IMG/VR virus record: IMGVR_UViG_3300034072_002211
Location: 213,445-277,444 of that record
Reading direction: 5' to 3' (one strand)
DNA length: 64,000 nucleotides
Position 1 is the stretch's first letter; every line of letters starts with the position of its first letter. The translations under genes and the position numbers were made by a program. Below are positions 37,715 through 46,939 of this stretch, piece after piece. Below the pieces are notes generated by a model. That model did no database searches, was not told where the DNA came from, and was given only the letters and a program-made list of their open reading frames with translations.

Positions 37715-38167
37715 TTACCGAGCCATCACCGCTCCGACACCGCATTCCTCGGAAGCCCAATACGAAGCCTGGCGCTCGAACGTCACCGGATTGAGGAAGC
37801 GGGAAATGAAAGCCCGGCTGGGATCGACCACGCGACCTTCTTCGCCGAGGTTTTCCTCGAGGGCCACTGCCATCTCAATAGCATCGACGACGCTGGGGAA
37901 AACGAACGCCGGATCATTGAACGGGTCAACGTCCTTGCCCTGGGTCGAGTAGAGGAAACGGTCGCTGGCCTTCATGATGTGGCCGCCGACCGGACCTTCG
38001 ACCAGGAGATGCCAACCGGCGGGACGATCGCGGAACGCGCCTCGCTTGCAGATCTTGATGTTCTTGCCGAAGCGCAGTTCAGAGACGTTCTGCGCGAAGC
38101 GGCGGATTATCGAGCCTTCGACGAAGCTCTTGAGCATTGCTTCGTCCGCGTTGTCATTTGCTGCCAT
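37715..38167 (-). CDS. hypothetical protein
   Basis: Promoter/RBS cassette. Confidence 0.7.
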   Translation of the reverse strand: MAANDNADEAMLKSFVEGSIIRRFAQNVSELRFGKNIKICKRGAFRDRPAGWHLLVEGPVGGHIMKASDRFLYSTQGKDVDPFNDPAFVFPSVVDAIEMAVALEENLGEEGRVVDPSRAFISRFLNPVTFERQASYWASEECGVGAVMAR

Positions 38168-38233
38168 GTCCGATCTCCTTGTGTGTTTCCGTGTCACCAG
38201 TCCTACACGAAACTGGTGACACGTCAACCACTT

Positions 38234-38821
38234 TTAGATCAGACTCCTAAAGGTCAGGCTGATCCTCGACTTGGTCTGGAAGCCGGCCTTGGGGATGCGG
38301 TGCTGATGCGTGGCCTGGAACCCAGCGGGCATCAGGCAGAGCGAACCCTGTTCGAGCGGCAGATCCACGACTTCGCCGTAGGTCATCTTGCCATCGACCA
38401 CACCCAGCTTCTCGCGGAACTGAATGCTCCGCGGCGTATCGACACCTTCGCCGCCATAGAGGGTCACGATAGCAATGGGCCGCTCGTGATTGATGCCAGG
38501 GTCGTCATCCTCGTGCCAGCCTAGCCAGTCGTGCGCGTCCTCATAGCCGTTGAGGAAGCAACCCTCGAAGTCGACCAGCACCTCGGGATGGTTGATGAGA
38601 GCCAGCGCGCATTCGTCGATGGCGTGATGCGAATTCTGGCTGTGGTAGGTCCGGAGGCCAGCACCGCGACCGTAGGAATAATCCCGGCCGAAGATGTTGG
38701 TCCAGTATTCCCGACGAGGAGCATCGCCGCGCCGTTCCCAGCTGAGCCCATTCCAGAGCTCACTGAACATTTCGCCCGCACGATCGGCGCTGACGAAATT
38801 GGGAATATAGATTGCGCTCAT
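38234..38821 (-). CDS. AlkB-family 2OG-Fe(II) dioxygenase
   Basis: N.Y, WHEDD, HRIPK, RISLTFR. Confidence 0.9.
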   Translation of the reverse strand: MSAIYIPNFVSADRAGEMFSELWNGLSWERRGDAPRREYWTNIFGRDYSYGRGAGLRTYHSQNSHHAIDECALALINHPEVLVDFEGCFLNGYEDAHDWLGWHEDDDPGINHERPIAIVTLYGGEGVDTPRSIQFREKLGVVDGKMTYGEVVDLPLEQGSLCLMPAGFQATHQHRIPKAGFQTKSRISLTFRSLI

Positions 38822-38873
38822 GTCGATCTCCTTTCTAGCCTGCTGATAGCACCAGAAAGGAGAACGTCAACCG

Positions 38874-39665
38874 TTAGAGCGTTTTGAGCTTCTCGACCAT
38901 GAGCACGGCCTTGAGGTCATCACTGAGCAGCAAGACCTGATCATCACGAACGTTCGTGATGCTGGCTTCCTCTGTGGAGCCAATGTGCTTGAGCTTGACC
39001 GTCCGCTTGTCCGAGATGCTGGTGATCTTGCCCACCATGAGCATTCCCGATGAGCCACGACCGATGATCGCGAGGTCGCCCTTTTTGACCTCTCGATTGT
39101 AACGATCCTTGATCGTTGGTTCGACCTTGGCTACTGGTCCCTTGTGGAGGAATGTTGGTCCATTGTAGCCGATGAGTAGCACGGGCCGCGCACTCTTCAT
39201 GCTGGCCGTCCGGCAGTTGAATTCCAGGACCACTTTGCCGTCGATCTCACACTGGATCATCTCATAGTCGCTGACCTTGGGCTGGTAGGTGTTCGAGGCC
39301 AGAAAGAGTGATCCGCGAAGCCGCCAGGTCGATCGACCCCAGTTATCCTCATGGATGATCTCGACCTTGCCGGGATCTTTCTCTTGGCGGAGGCGGTTGT
39401 TCTCGATGTTGATCTTGAAGGTTGGAAGCTTGACCACCCGTGCGATGCTGCCTGCGAGCTTTCCCGCAGTGAACTTCACATACATGCTCTTGGTGCCCGC
39501 AATACAGGCTTCCACCTCGCTGCGGATGGCTTGAAGCTTTGCCTGCAGCTCTTCCGCAAGTGCTTTCGCGGCGTCTCGGCTCAGGTCACGCCCATTATAG
39601 GGCACGTTGGTGTTCGACCACGTTTTGCCGTCGCCGAAGGCGTCTGTCCAGAGTATCTCGTTCAT
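38874..39665 (-). CDS. hypothetical protein with C-terminal SH3-like module
   Basis: DRYNREVKKGDL resembles DRLDQEVTIGDL of 2355..3125. Confidence 0.7.
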   Translation of the reverse strand: MNEILWTDAFGDGKTWSNTNVPYNGRDLSRDAAKALAEELQAKLQAIRSEVEACIAGTKSMYVKFTAGKLAGSIARVVKLPTFKINIENNRLRQEKDPGKVEIIHEDNWGRSTWRLRGSLFLASNTYQPKVSDYEMIQCEIDGKVVLEFNCRTASMKSARPVLLIGYNGPTFLHKGPVAKVEPTIKDRYNREVKKGDLAIIGRGSSGMLMVGKITSISDKRTVKLKHIGSTEEASITNVRDDQVLLLSDDLKAVLMVEKLKTL

Positions 39666-39700
39666 GTGTCCTGAGTAACACAGGATGGATACCTGTCAAG

Positions 39701-39796
39701 TGGTAGGGGTGGAGGGATTCGAACCCTCGTCGTCGCCTAATCTGGGCTCTCGCAAGGTATAAGCTTGCCCGCTCTTGACCGCTGAGCTACACCCCC
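39701..39796 (-). tRNA. tRNA-Ile(UAU) with long variable arm
   Basis: Cloverleaf, loop CTTATAC, 23-nt variable arm, encoded CCA. Confidence 0.85.
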
Positions 39797-39799
39797 ATG

Positions 39800-40108
39800 T
39801 CAGAATATGTAGATAGCTTGCTCGGCTATCTCATACCATACGGGCTTGAGCTCATCTATGATCGCGTCTACCTGAAACTGGTGGACTTCGGTGGGGACGT
39901 TCTTTGACATGGCGTCGCGCAGTTCTTCTGCCATGAGTTCTAGTGCCCTGAATGGCCACTTCTTCTCAACCCACAATGGCATCACGTGGCAGACCATGCC
40001 AACCACAATAGCATCAAGTGCTTGATCTGGGGTGAGAAGCTGTTGAGCGCGTTGCTCAACAGTTAGGGCCTTTGGCTCAGGAAGTCGGAACTCTAGGATC
40101 TTCGCCAT
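39800..40108 (-). CDS. hypothetical protein, late promoter
   Basis: TAAATA just upstream. Confidence 0.65.
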   Translation of the reverse strand: MAKILEFRLPEPKALTVEQRAQQLLTPDQALDAIVVGMVCHVMPLWVEKKWPFRALELMAEELRDAMSKNVPTEVHQFQVDAIIDELKPVWYEIAEQAIYIF

Positions 40109-40189
40109 ACAGACTATTTAGTCGGGCGTTAACCTAGAGGAGCCTTAGACTCGTATGCTTTCCTTTAGCATGTGACTTCCTTCAAAACT

Positions 40190-40268
40190 TGGTGGCCGTT
40201 GTGGGGCTCGAACCCACAACTCTCAGGGGTTTAGAATCCCCGGCTCTGCCAGCTTGAGCTAAACGGCC
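40190..40268 (-). tRNA. amber suppressor-type tRNA, anticodon CUA
   Basis: Cloverleaf GGCCGTT/AACGGCC, loop TTCTAAA, CCA. Confidence 0.85.
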
Positions 40269-40308
40269 ATGCTCTCTTTGTAAGCGCAGAGGGCCGTATT
40301 GTCAACCG

Positions 40309-40608
40309 TTAGTCAGCAGAGATTGGCTTCTCAGGCGTGAAATGATCGATACCTACAAAGACCGTGAAGTCGCGAGCCTTGAGGTATTCTTCCACCTGCT
40401 CTGGCTTCCTGAACCTCCTGACGTCGTCTCGGGAGAACCAAGCAATGTAGGCACCATTGCGGAAGAGAACTTCCATGGTGTGATGTCCTGAAGCATCAGT
40501 GAAATGAGCGGAATCACCCTGCTCGTTAGCATGATCCCAATTGGGAACAGTGCGACCGAGGATCATGGGATCACCCATTGCTTCGTTGACGATTTCATTC
40601 CACTTCAT
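40309..40608 (-). CDS. hypothetical protein, late promoter
   Basis: TAAATA and GGAGG upstream. Confidence 0.7.
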   Translation of the reverse strand: MKWNEIVNEAMGDPMILGRTVPNWDHANEQGDSAHFTDASGHHTMEVLFRNGAYIAWFSRDDVRRFRKPEQVEEYLKARDFTVFVGIDHFTPEKPISAD

Positions 40609-40632
40609 ATCAAACCTCCTTGGATCCGATAT

Positions 40633-41175
40633 TTAGCGGTTGTAGCCGCCCCTATTGGGGAAGGAGAGTCCTGGAATCATGATAATCGTGGCATCATACC
40701 AGTCGGTCACGGCCTTCAGCAGTTCGCCGTTGGCGCCAATGACCTCATCCAGGTATTGAGTCATGAGCCGGTTGGGACACATTGCTGGGCTGAGCAGCTT
40801 GACCTTGGCCAGAGCATCCTTGGGGCTCATACCGTGAAGCACCAGCACCGCAATAGCGATTGCCGTGCTGCGGCTCTTTCCCGCTGAACAGTGAATCAGC
40901 ACCTTGCTGTCATCGTTCAACTCCCAGCTCTTTACCTCGTCGATGATGTCCTGCATGTCTTTCTTGGTCGGTGGGACCAAGTCAGCGTATTCCTCAGGAT
41001 CGTCATCCTCGACGTCATGGAAGTTGTAGATCGCGTGGTTGTTGTGTTGGCGGTCAATGGTCGTCGCAGGCCAGTTGGGTCCCGCGTCATTGATAACGCT
41101 GATGATGTGGGTCGGCCAGTCCTGAGCAATCAGGGTCTTGGCTTTGTGGATTCCGAGGACTTTGAGTTCAAACAT
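40633..41175 (-). CDS. protein tyrosine/dual-specificity phosphatase-like
   Basis: IHCSAGKSRS CX5R, PN..M. Confidence 0.85.
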   Translation of the reverse strand: MFELKVLGIHKAKTLIAQDWPTHIISVINDAGPNWPATTIDRQHNNHAIYNFHDVEDDDPEEYADLVPPTKKDMQDIIDEVKSWELNDDSKVLIHCSAGKSRSTAIAIAVLVLHGMSPKDALAKVKLLSPAMCPNRLMTQYLDEVIGANGELLKAVTDWYDATIIMIPGLSFPNRGGYNR

Positions 41176-41215
41176 ATCGATCTCTAGGATGAGCGTTAAC
41201 CCATCCTAGCACGGA

Positions 41216-41578
41216 TTACTCCGCAGGGCTAACGAGACAAATCTGCTTCGCGTAAGCCATGGCGCCAATGGCGGTGTCCCAATCCTTGTTGCTACGCTCG
41301 TAGGCATAGTCCATCAGCTTCTTATGCATGATGTAAGGATTGGAGTCGGCAGTTGCGATAGCATAAAATGCATCGCCAGTTGCCCAAGAAGCTTCACAGC
41401 CCGAGAGCTTGACCACAAAGGTCTTGCCACTGGCGCTGATTGGAGCCTTGTCACCTTCGAGCTTGCCCACAGTGACGGTGATCATCTTCACATGGGCTGG
41501 TGGGGTCACCTGTGCCATCGCAGGCGCAGCGACCAGAGCAGTGAGCGCAGCAAGGGCGCCCAGAACCATCTTCAGCAT
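41216..41578 (-). CDS. secreted hypothetical protein
   Basis: Signal peptide ending AMA. Confidence 0.7.
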   Translation of the reverse strand: MLKMVLGALAALTALVAAPAMAQVTPPAHVKMITVTVGKLEGDKAPISASGKTFVVKLSGCEASWATGDAFYAIATADSNPYIMHKKLMDYAYERSNKDWDTAIGAMAYAKQICLVSPAE

Positions 41579-41659
41579 ATGGTATTCCTCCAGGCGTCAA
41601 CGCCCTGTGCGTTTATTCGCCTTTCACCACTTTACTGAATCTAGTTGTTAAGCGTCTAT

Positions 41660-42082
41660 TTAGATTTCCACCATGTTGCCGTCTTCATCGAACGTGAAGT
41701 GACGGAACGTAATATTGGTCGCCGCGTCGCCGAAGATGCTCTTGATCTCCCGCTCCAGATCGCCGAGGAAGTTGTCCGAGAGGCCAGACATGCGATCCTC
41801 ATTGTCGTCGTGGACGGCACCCAGTTCTTGGGCGAGGCGTGTGAGATCACCCGGCCGGGGATCGAAGGCATCAGGAGCAAAGCCCTGGAAGTTGCTCTCC
41901 TCTCGGAACTCGCGCTTCCGGCTGGGTTCACCAGCGTTGATGTTCTTCATCACGTGATAGTGGAGAAGCTCGCGCCAGTCCCGCTGGGGTGCTTCTGCCC
42001 GACGGGCTTCCTGCTCGCGTAGGAGGAAGAGGGGATCACCGGCCACCGGGCTTTCGACGATTTCGTAAGTGACCTTCCGCAT
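41660..42082 (-). CDS. acidic hypothetical protein
   Basis: GGAGG RBS. Confidence 0.65.
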   Translation of the reverse strand: MRKVTYEIVESPVAGDPLFLLREQEARRAEAPQRDWRELLHYHVMKNINAGEPSRKREFREESNFQGFAPDAFDPRPGDLTRLAQELGAVHDDNEDRMSGLSDNFLGDLEREIKSIFGDAATNITFRHFTFDEDGNMVEI

Positions 42083-42130
42083 ACTGCCTCCTACCGTTGT
42101 GTCACCAAAGTAACACCAAACAGGTGAGTG

Positions 42131-42415
42131 TCAATAGCTCAGGTAGTTGAAATCCTCGATGAGAATCATTTTGTTGGTGAGCATGAACTCCAGGGCTTCC
42201 TTGATGGTGCCGCACCGCGCACCGGTGGTCAGGAGGTTGTGGCGGTCGATGATATCGCCCATGGCCTCGCAATAGTCGTTGCTCGACTGATAGCCCTGTT
42301 CAGCCTCGTCCATCTGTTGCTGGTTGAGGACCCAATAGGTAATGTCCTCACCACACCCGCTGGCCTCGACTGCGATATAGCCGGCCTGAAAGCCAGCGGG
42401 GATGGGGTCGGTCAT
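42131..42415 (-). CDS. hypothetical protein
   Basis: ATG 42415 coupled by TGATG to micro-ORF. Confidence 0.65.
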   Translation of the reverse strand: MTDPIPAGFQAGYIAVEASGCGEDITYWVLNQQQMDEAEQGYQSSNDYCEAMGDIIDRHNLLTTGARCGTIKEALEFMLTNKMILIEDFNYLSY

Positions 42416-42498
42416 CAGAAGATCCAAGCGCCCAGGATGAACGCGCCGACGGCGGTTGCGATGGGATGCTCGGAAACGAAACGCTGAACCTTGTCCAT
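42415..42498 (-). CDS. 27-aa tail-anchor peptide, ElaB/YqjD/DUF883 C-terminus-like
   Basis: Not in ORF track; MDKVQRFVSEHPIATAVGAFILGAWIF, GGAGA RBS. Confidence 0.6.
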   Translation of the reverse strand: MDKVQRFVSEHPIATAVGAFILGAWIF

Positions 42499-42586
42499 GG
42501 TATTCTCCTTGAATGGTTAGCAAAATGCCAATCAGTCAAGGCGATGACTAGGACAGTTTCCCATCCTAGTCAATACCTGTTTGGGC

Positions 42587-43000
42587 TTACTTGCCGCGGG
42601 CTGCGATGATGCGCTCCTTGGCCATCTCGCTGAAGCGGATCTTTTCGCCGGTCGCGACCTCTTCCATGAGGTAGGGGAACTTGCGGGCTTTGGTGTTGAA
42701 GCCGATCAGCTTGTATTGCTTGCCGCGCGACGTGATGACCGCGCCGAAGTCCCGCGGTTCCAGGCCGTAGCTGCGAGCGTAAAGCTCGAAGGTCGTGCGG
42801 ATTTTGTCCTCGACGCCCTGCTCGCCGCCGACCACGAACTGAAGCTTCAGCTGGAGCGCCGAACCATCGCGGTAATACTGCCAGCGACCTTCCTGCTTGA
42901 CACCGAGACCGAGTTCAGCGGCGTAGGCCATCAGCTTTTCCATCGCGCCATCGACGATGGTCTGGCCGTTGCGCGCGTTGATGCTGGTCACCTTGGTCAT
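42587..43000 (-). CDS. hypothetical protein
   Basis: Promoter/RBS cassette, strong codon bias. Confidence 0.75.
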   Translation of the reverse strand: MTKVTSINARNGQTIVDGAMEKLMAYAAELGLGVKQEGRWQYYRDGSALQLKLQFVVGGEQGVEDKIRTTFELYARSYGLEPRDFGAVITSRGKQYKLIGFNTKARKFPYLMEEVATGEKIRFSEMAKERIIAARGK

Positions 43001-43071
43001 GTTTCCGATCTCCTGTTTGCGTTTCCGATAAACAGGTGATAGCAGGAATCAGGATAGGGTCAACCAGAAAA

Positions 43072-43569
43072 TCACCTGATTGTTTGAAGCGCCGCCTGGT
43101 AGATCGCAAAGCGGTGAGCATCCAAGCGTTCCTCTGCCTCGCTGCGGCTCAGCACCACAGGAGCCAGACACTCGTCATTCTCCACGTAGGGCTTGGAACT
43201 CATGACGTCGCCGGTATAGAACTGCTGGAACGAAATGGGCCAAGGATAGCGATAGCCCTCAGGCGCAGGAGCCTCGCAAGTCTGGATCAAATAACCCAGT
43301 GCCTTGATGTGACTAACCCAGTAGCCAGTCTCCTCCACGGTTTCCCGATGAGCAGCCGCGCAGCTGGACTCACCTGGATCAATGTGCCCGCCAGGAAACT
43401 CCAGTCCGCGACGACGGTTCTGCGCCATGACCACACTACCATCGGCCATCAGCGGGACCATGAACGCGGTCGGCGTTAGGTCCAGAGGTGTCAGAGCTGA
43501 GTCCTTGAGGAACTCAACATGGTTAGGCTGTGGAAGGTAGAGAACGTCGCTTTTGCTGTAGAGTTTCAT
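43072..43569 (-). CDS. Nudix hydrolase
   Basis: PGGHIDPGESSCAAAHRETVEETG Nudix box. Confidence 0.9.
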   Translation of the reverse strand: MKLYSKSDVLYLPQPNHVEFLKDSALTPLDLTPTAFMVPLMADGSVVMAQNRRRGLEFPGGHIDPGESSCAAAHRETVEETGYWVSHIKALGYLIQTCEAPAPEGYRYPWPISFQQFYTGDVMSSKPYVENDECLAPVVLSRSEAEERLDAHRFAIYQAALQTIR

Positions 43570-43578
43570 GCGTTCAGT

Positions 43579-43935
43579 TTACGCAGAATGCCTCTTCGCG
43601 TCTAGTTCATACTCGAGAGTCATGATGCGCTCATTCATCTTACGCTGGACCTGCAGGAGAGCTCGCTGGTTTTGGCGGACTTCCCTGAGGATTTCCTTCA
43701 TCTCTTCAGTGTCACGGTTCTGGGTGTTCTGGAGCAGGAAGACCATCAGGAACGTGGCAATGGTGGTGCCAGTGTTGATGATCAGTTGCCAGGTCTGGCT
43801 GAAGCCTGCGAAAGGACCCCAAGCTGCCCAGAGGAACACCGAACTCAATGCTAGGACAAACGCCACGGGTTTACCAAGACTGTCAGCAATCCACTCAGAA
43901 AAGAGGTCGAACTTGCTTCGTAGAATCTTGTTCAT
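43579..43935 (-). CDS. low-affinity iron permease family protein, Fet4-like
   Basis: WQLIINTGTTIATFLMVFLLQNTQNRD. Confidence 0.85.
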   Translation of the reverse strand: MNKILRSKFDLFSEWIADSLGKPVAFVLALSSVFLWAAWGPFAGFSQTWQLIINTGTTIATFLMVFLLQNTQNRDTEEMKEILREVRQNQRALLQVQRKMNERIMTLEYELDAKRHSA

Positions 43936-44011
43936 TGGCGTCACTCCCGCGACTAAGCTGGTGTCATAGGACTCCTGAGGTTGATGGAACTTTGCGAGCC
44001 GAAGCCGCTGA

Positions 44012-45013
44012 TTATTTAGTGGAAAGTTGCTTTTCCCACAGATAAGCGGTCGTGATGATATGCTGGAGATCATCATGCTCCGGCGTCCAGCCAACTATGT
44101 GGCGGATCTCACGAGTGTCAGCAACGAGAATTGCGGGATCACCATCTCTGCGAGGACCTTCGGTGATCTCAAAGTGCTTGATCTTCTGTGCGGTCTCCAG
44201 AACTTCCCTGACACTGAAGCCACGACCATAACCCACGTTGGCTGTGATCGTCCGCCCGTCCGCAATGTAGTGGAGGACATCAACGTGCGCCTGGGCTAGA
44301 TCCGAGACGTGGATGTAGTCACGAATGCAGGAGCCGTCAGGCGTGGGATAGTCTGTCCCTGCGATGCTCAACGAGCGGCGTTTTTCTCCGACCATAGCCT
44401 CGCATGCCAGCTTGATCAGATGGGTGCTCTTGGGGCTTATTTGCCCCGTGCGACCCTTGGGATCGGCCCCTGCGACGTTGAAATATCGCAGGATGCCATA
44501 GTCAATCCCATAAGCCGTGTGACACGCCTGGATCAGCTTTTCGACAGCCAGCTTGCTATCACCATATGGGTTGATGGGCAGGAGGTCATCATGCTCACGG
44601 AGAGGACGGATCAGCGTATTCTCGTCGCCACCATAGGGATCACCATAAACGGCTGCGGTGCTGCTGAAGACCAGCTTGGTTAGTCCTGTGCCTACCATGG
44701 CGTTGATGAGATTGTGGCTGGCAACCACATTGTTCTTCCAATAGACCAACGGCTGCTCCACGGACTCCGGAACCACAATGCTGCCTGCGAAGTGCATGAC
44801 GGCCTCAATGCCATTGTCCTCGAGGTAGGTCTTGAGGTCCAAGGGATCAACGAAGCGGAGGTCGGTGATCCAGAGAGGCACATCGCTGGGAATGAGTCGC
44901 TGATGGCCGGTGCTCAGATCGTCTAGGACAAAGGGCTCATGCCCAGCATCCAAGAGGGCATAGACCACGTGGCTTCCAATGTAGCCACAACCACCAGTGA
45001 CAAGAACTCTCAT
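44012..45013 (-). CDS. galE: UDP-glucose 4-epimerase
   Basis: TGGCGYIGSH, FSSTAAVYG, YGDSK, LRYFNVAGA, RDYIHV.DLA.AH. Confidence 0.95.
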   Translation of the reverse strand: MRVLVTGGCGYIGSHVVYALLDAGHEPFVLDDLSTGHQRLIPSDVPLWITDLRFVDPLDLKTYLEDNGIEAVMHFAGSIVVPESVEQPLVYWKNNVVASHNLINAMVGTGLTKLVFSSTAAVYGDPYGGDENTLIRPLREHDDLLPINPYGDSKLAVEKLIQACHTAYGIDYGILRYFNVAGADPKGRTGQISPKSTHLIKLACEAMVGEKRRSLSIAGTDYPTPDGSCIRDYIHVSDLAQAHVDVLHYIADGRTITANVGYGRGFSVREVLETAQKIKHFEITEGPRRDGDPAILVADTREIRHIVGWTPEHDDLQHIITTAYLWEKQLSTK

Positions 45014-45022
45014 GCGCGCTCC

Positions 45023-45310
45023 TTAATAGCGCGACATCTCATCCTCGAGTTCGCGCATCTCTGACATCTTGTCATAGAGCACATTGCCCACGTTGTCGAC
45101 TATCTTTCCCACACAATCGCCGTAGACGTCGAAGAGATCCTCGGCAAAGGTCTCAGCAGAGGGGAAGGGATCGCCTGACGTGCGCCAGCCCCGATCCATA
45201 ACGCTGTCGTAGGTGGGGAACTTGTGCTCCTCCACGGTGCGAGTTTCGTGGTTCCAGACAGTCACGTGGTAACCGTTGAAACTCAGCTTGTCATAGAGCG
45301 CGTTGGCCAT
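45023..45310 (-). CDS. hypothetical protein
   Basis: ORF in operon. Confidence 0.65.
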   Translation of the reverse strand: MANALYDKLSFNGYHVTVWNHETRTVEEHKFPTYDSVMDRGWRTSGDPFPSAETFAEDLFDVYGDCVGKIVDNVGNVLYDKMSEMRELEDEMSRY

Positions 45311-45687
45311 TAGTCGTGCCGCTCGATGACACGGTGTTTCTTCAGCAGGTCCAGGTCAGCCACTTCGGCGCCCTTGGCCTGCCGGTCTTCTGCGCGGTTG
45401 GTCGCATAGTAGAAGAACGCCTGTTCGTTCTCGACGAGGATGACCTCTCCCCGCTCCAGCGCAGCCTGGATCAGCTTGCCGTCCTCGGGGTCGCTTTCCT
45501 TGCCGGTGGAGATGCTCTTGCCGTAACTGTCCAGCTGACCCTCGGGGTTGAGGTAGAGGAAGCCCGCACGGACGACCTTGTGAGGGCCGCCCACGTAGTG
45601 TCCGAGGGTGGAATGTTCCACGCCCGTGTATTTGCTGACCAGCGCGAATGTGCCGTCCTCGGTGATCACGTATTTGGTGTAGCTCAC
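45310..45687 (-). CDS. hypothetical protein
   Basis: ORF in operon. Confidence 0.65.
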   Translation of the reverse strand: MSYTKYVITEDGTFALVSKYTGVEHSTLGHYVGGPHKVVRAGFLYLNPEGQLDSYGKSISTGKESDPEDGKLIQAALERGEVILVENEQAFFYYATNRAEDRQAKGAEVADLDLLKKHRVIERHD

Positions 45688-45807
45688 GAACGGTCTTCCT
45701 TGATCCAGGTCTTACATTCCCGGCAATGCCAGTGGTAAGCCTTGGGTTCCACGAAAAGGTCGAGGGTGTTGTGCTGACCGAGCCAGCACAACACCTTTCG
45801 GATCCAT

Positions 45808-46503
45808 TCACGCATAGTAGAAGCTGCCAGCGTAGTTGTTGCCGCCGGTGCGGATCGAGAGAATCGAGGCCAGCCCGATCGAGCGCACGATGATCTGGTT
45901 CTCGGCCTTCAGACCGCCCTGGATGTTGGCGCCCTCCTTGAGCTCCTTCTTCTCGAAGCCCTGGATGTCGTCCTCGGCGATCGGCTGACCGTCCAGGAAG
46001 TATTCGACCTCGCCGGCGCGCAGGAAGATCGTGTCCAGGTAATAGTCGGCGTGGACGTTGCCCTTCTTCACGTGCTGGATGAACGGGCTGTTGGGGATGC
46101 GCTCACCCCACTTGCGAGCCGACACTTCGAACCGCTCCTCGGCCGCTTCCTTGCGCTCGGCCTCGCCGGCGATCAGCGCCGCTTCGATCTTCTCCGAAAG
46201 CGCGTCGAGTTCGTCGGCGCTCAGGATGTCGACCAGCAGGCCCTTGCCCTCGTTGGCCTTCGCGGTCGCCTCAGCGAGAAGCTCGCCCGCGATTGCGTTG
46301 CGGACCATGTTCTGGTAGGTGTTGGTGTTCTTGTTCTGGGCGATCAGGACGGTCGAACCGGTCACGCGCTTGGTCACACGACCCTGCATCGGGTTGCCCT
46401 TGCCACCCTTCAGCGGAACCACCGTCTCCATGTCGAGACCGATGAAGCTGACGCCGCGGAGTGCTGCGAGGACCGTCTTCACGTTGTGCATCTGGGTAGC
46501 CAT
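45808..46503 (-). CDS. hypothetical protein
   Basis: Promoter/RBS cassette, strong codon bias. Confidence 0.8.
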   Translation of the reverse strand: MATQMHNVKTVLAALRGVSFIGLDMETVVPLKGGKGNPMQGRVTKRVTGSTVLIAQNKNTNTYQNMVRNAIAGELLAEATAKANEGKGLLVDILSADELDALSEKIEAALIAGEAERKEAAEERFEVSARKWGERIPNSPFIQHVKKGNVHADYYLDTIFLRAGEVEYFLDGQPIAEDDIQGFEKKELKEGANIQGGLKAENQIIVRSIGLASILSIRTGGNNYAGSFYYA

Positions 46504-46561
46504 CTTTTCGATCTCCTTTGTGTTTGCCTATGTCCTCTTTCTATACAGAATAGGTGAGGCG

Positions 46562-46792
46562 TCAACCAGAATTCTTAGGTCTGGTGAAGATTTTGGCAAG
46601 AAAGTTTTTGGGACAGTCGGGGTGACGCATCACGTTGTAGCCGTAACGACCGCCGAACTTCTGCTTCACGTAGCGACGGGCGAGGCGCTTGGTCATCAGG
46701 CCAGATGCGGCCTCAATACCATTGTCAACGTAATACCAGCCACCCTTCAGGGGGTTACGATAGTGCTGGTGATCAGCAATCCGTTTCGACAC
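46562..46792 (-). CDS. hypothetical basic protein
   Basis: GGAGG RBS before GTG 46792. Confidence 0.6.
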   Translation of the reverse strand: MSKRIADHQHYRNPLKGGWYYVDNGIEAASGLMTKRLARRYVKQKFGGRYGYNVMRHPDCPKNFLAKIFTRPKNSG

Positions 46793-46852
46793 TCTAGCCT
46801 CCTGTTTTACTGCGGCGCAGCATAAACCTAAAGGAGGTATCGTCAACCGATA

Positions 46853-46927
46853 TGGTGACCCCAACGGGACTCGAACCCGTGCTGCCGACGTGAAAGGCCG
46901 GTGTCCTAACCGCTAGACGATGGGGCC
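46853..46927 (-). tRNA. tRNA-Glu(UUC)
   Basis: Cloverleaf, loop CTTTCAC, CCA. Confidence 0.95.
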
Positions 46928-46939
46928 ACTTGACTCACA

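Noticed and set aside
12191-40268. Genome-wide TAG reassignment
   Set aside because: Genes are intact in code 11 and TAG ends several at natural positions; readthrough of lysS would add only 8 residues
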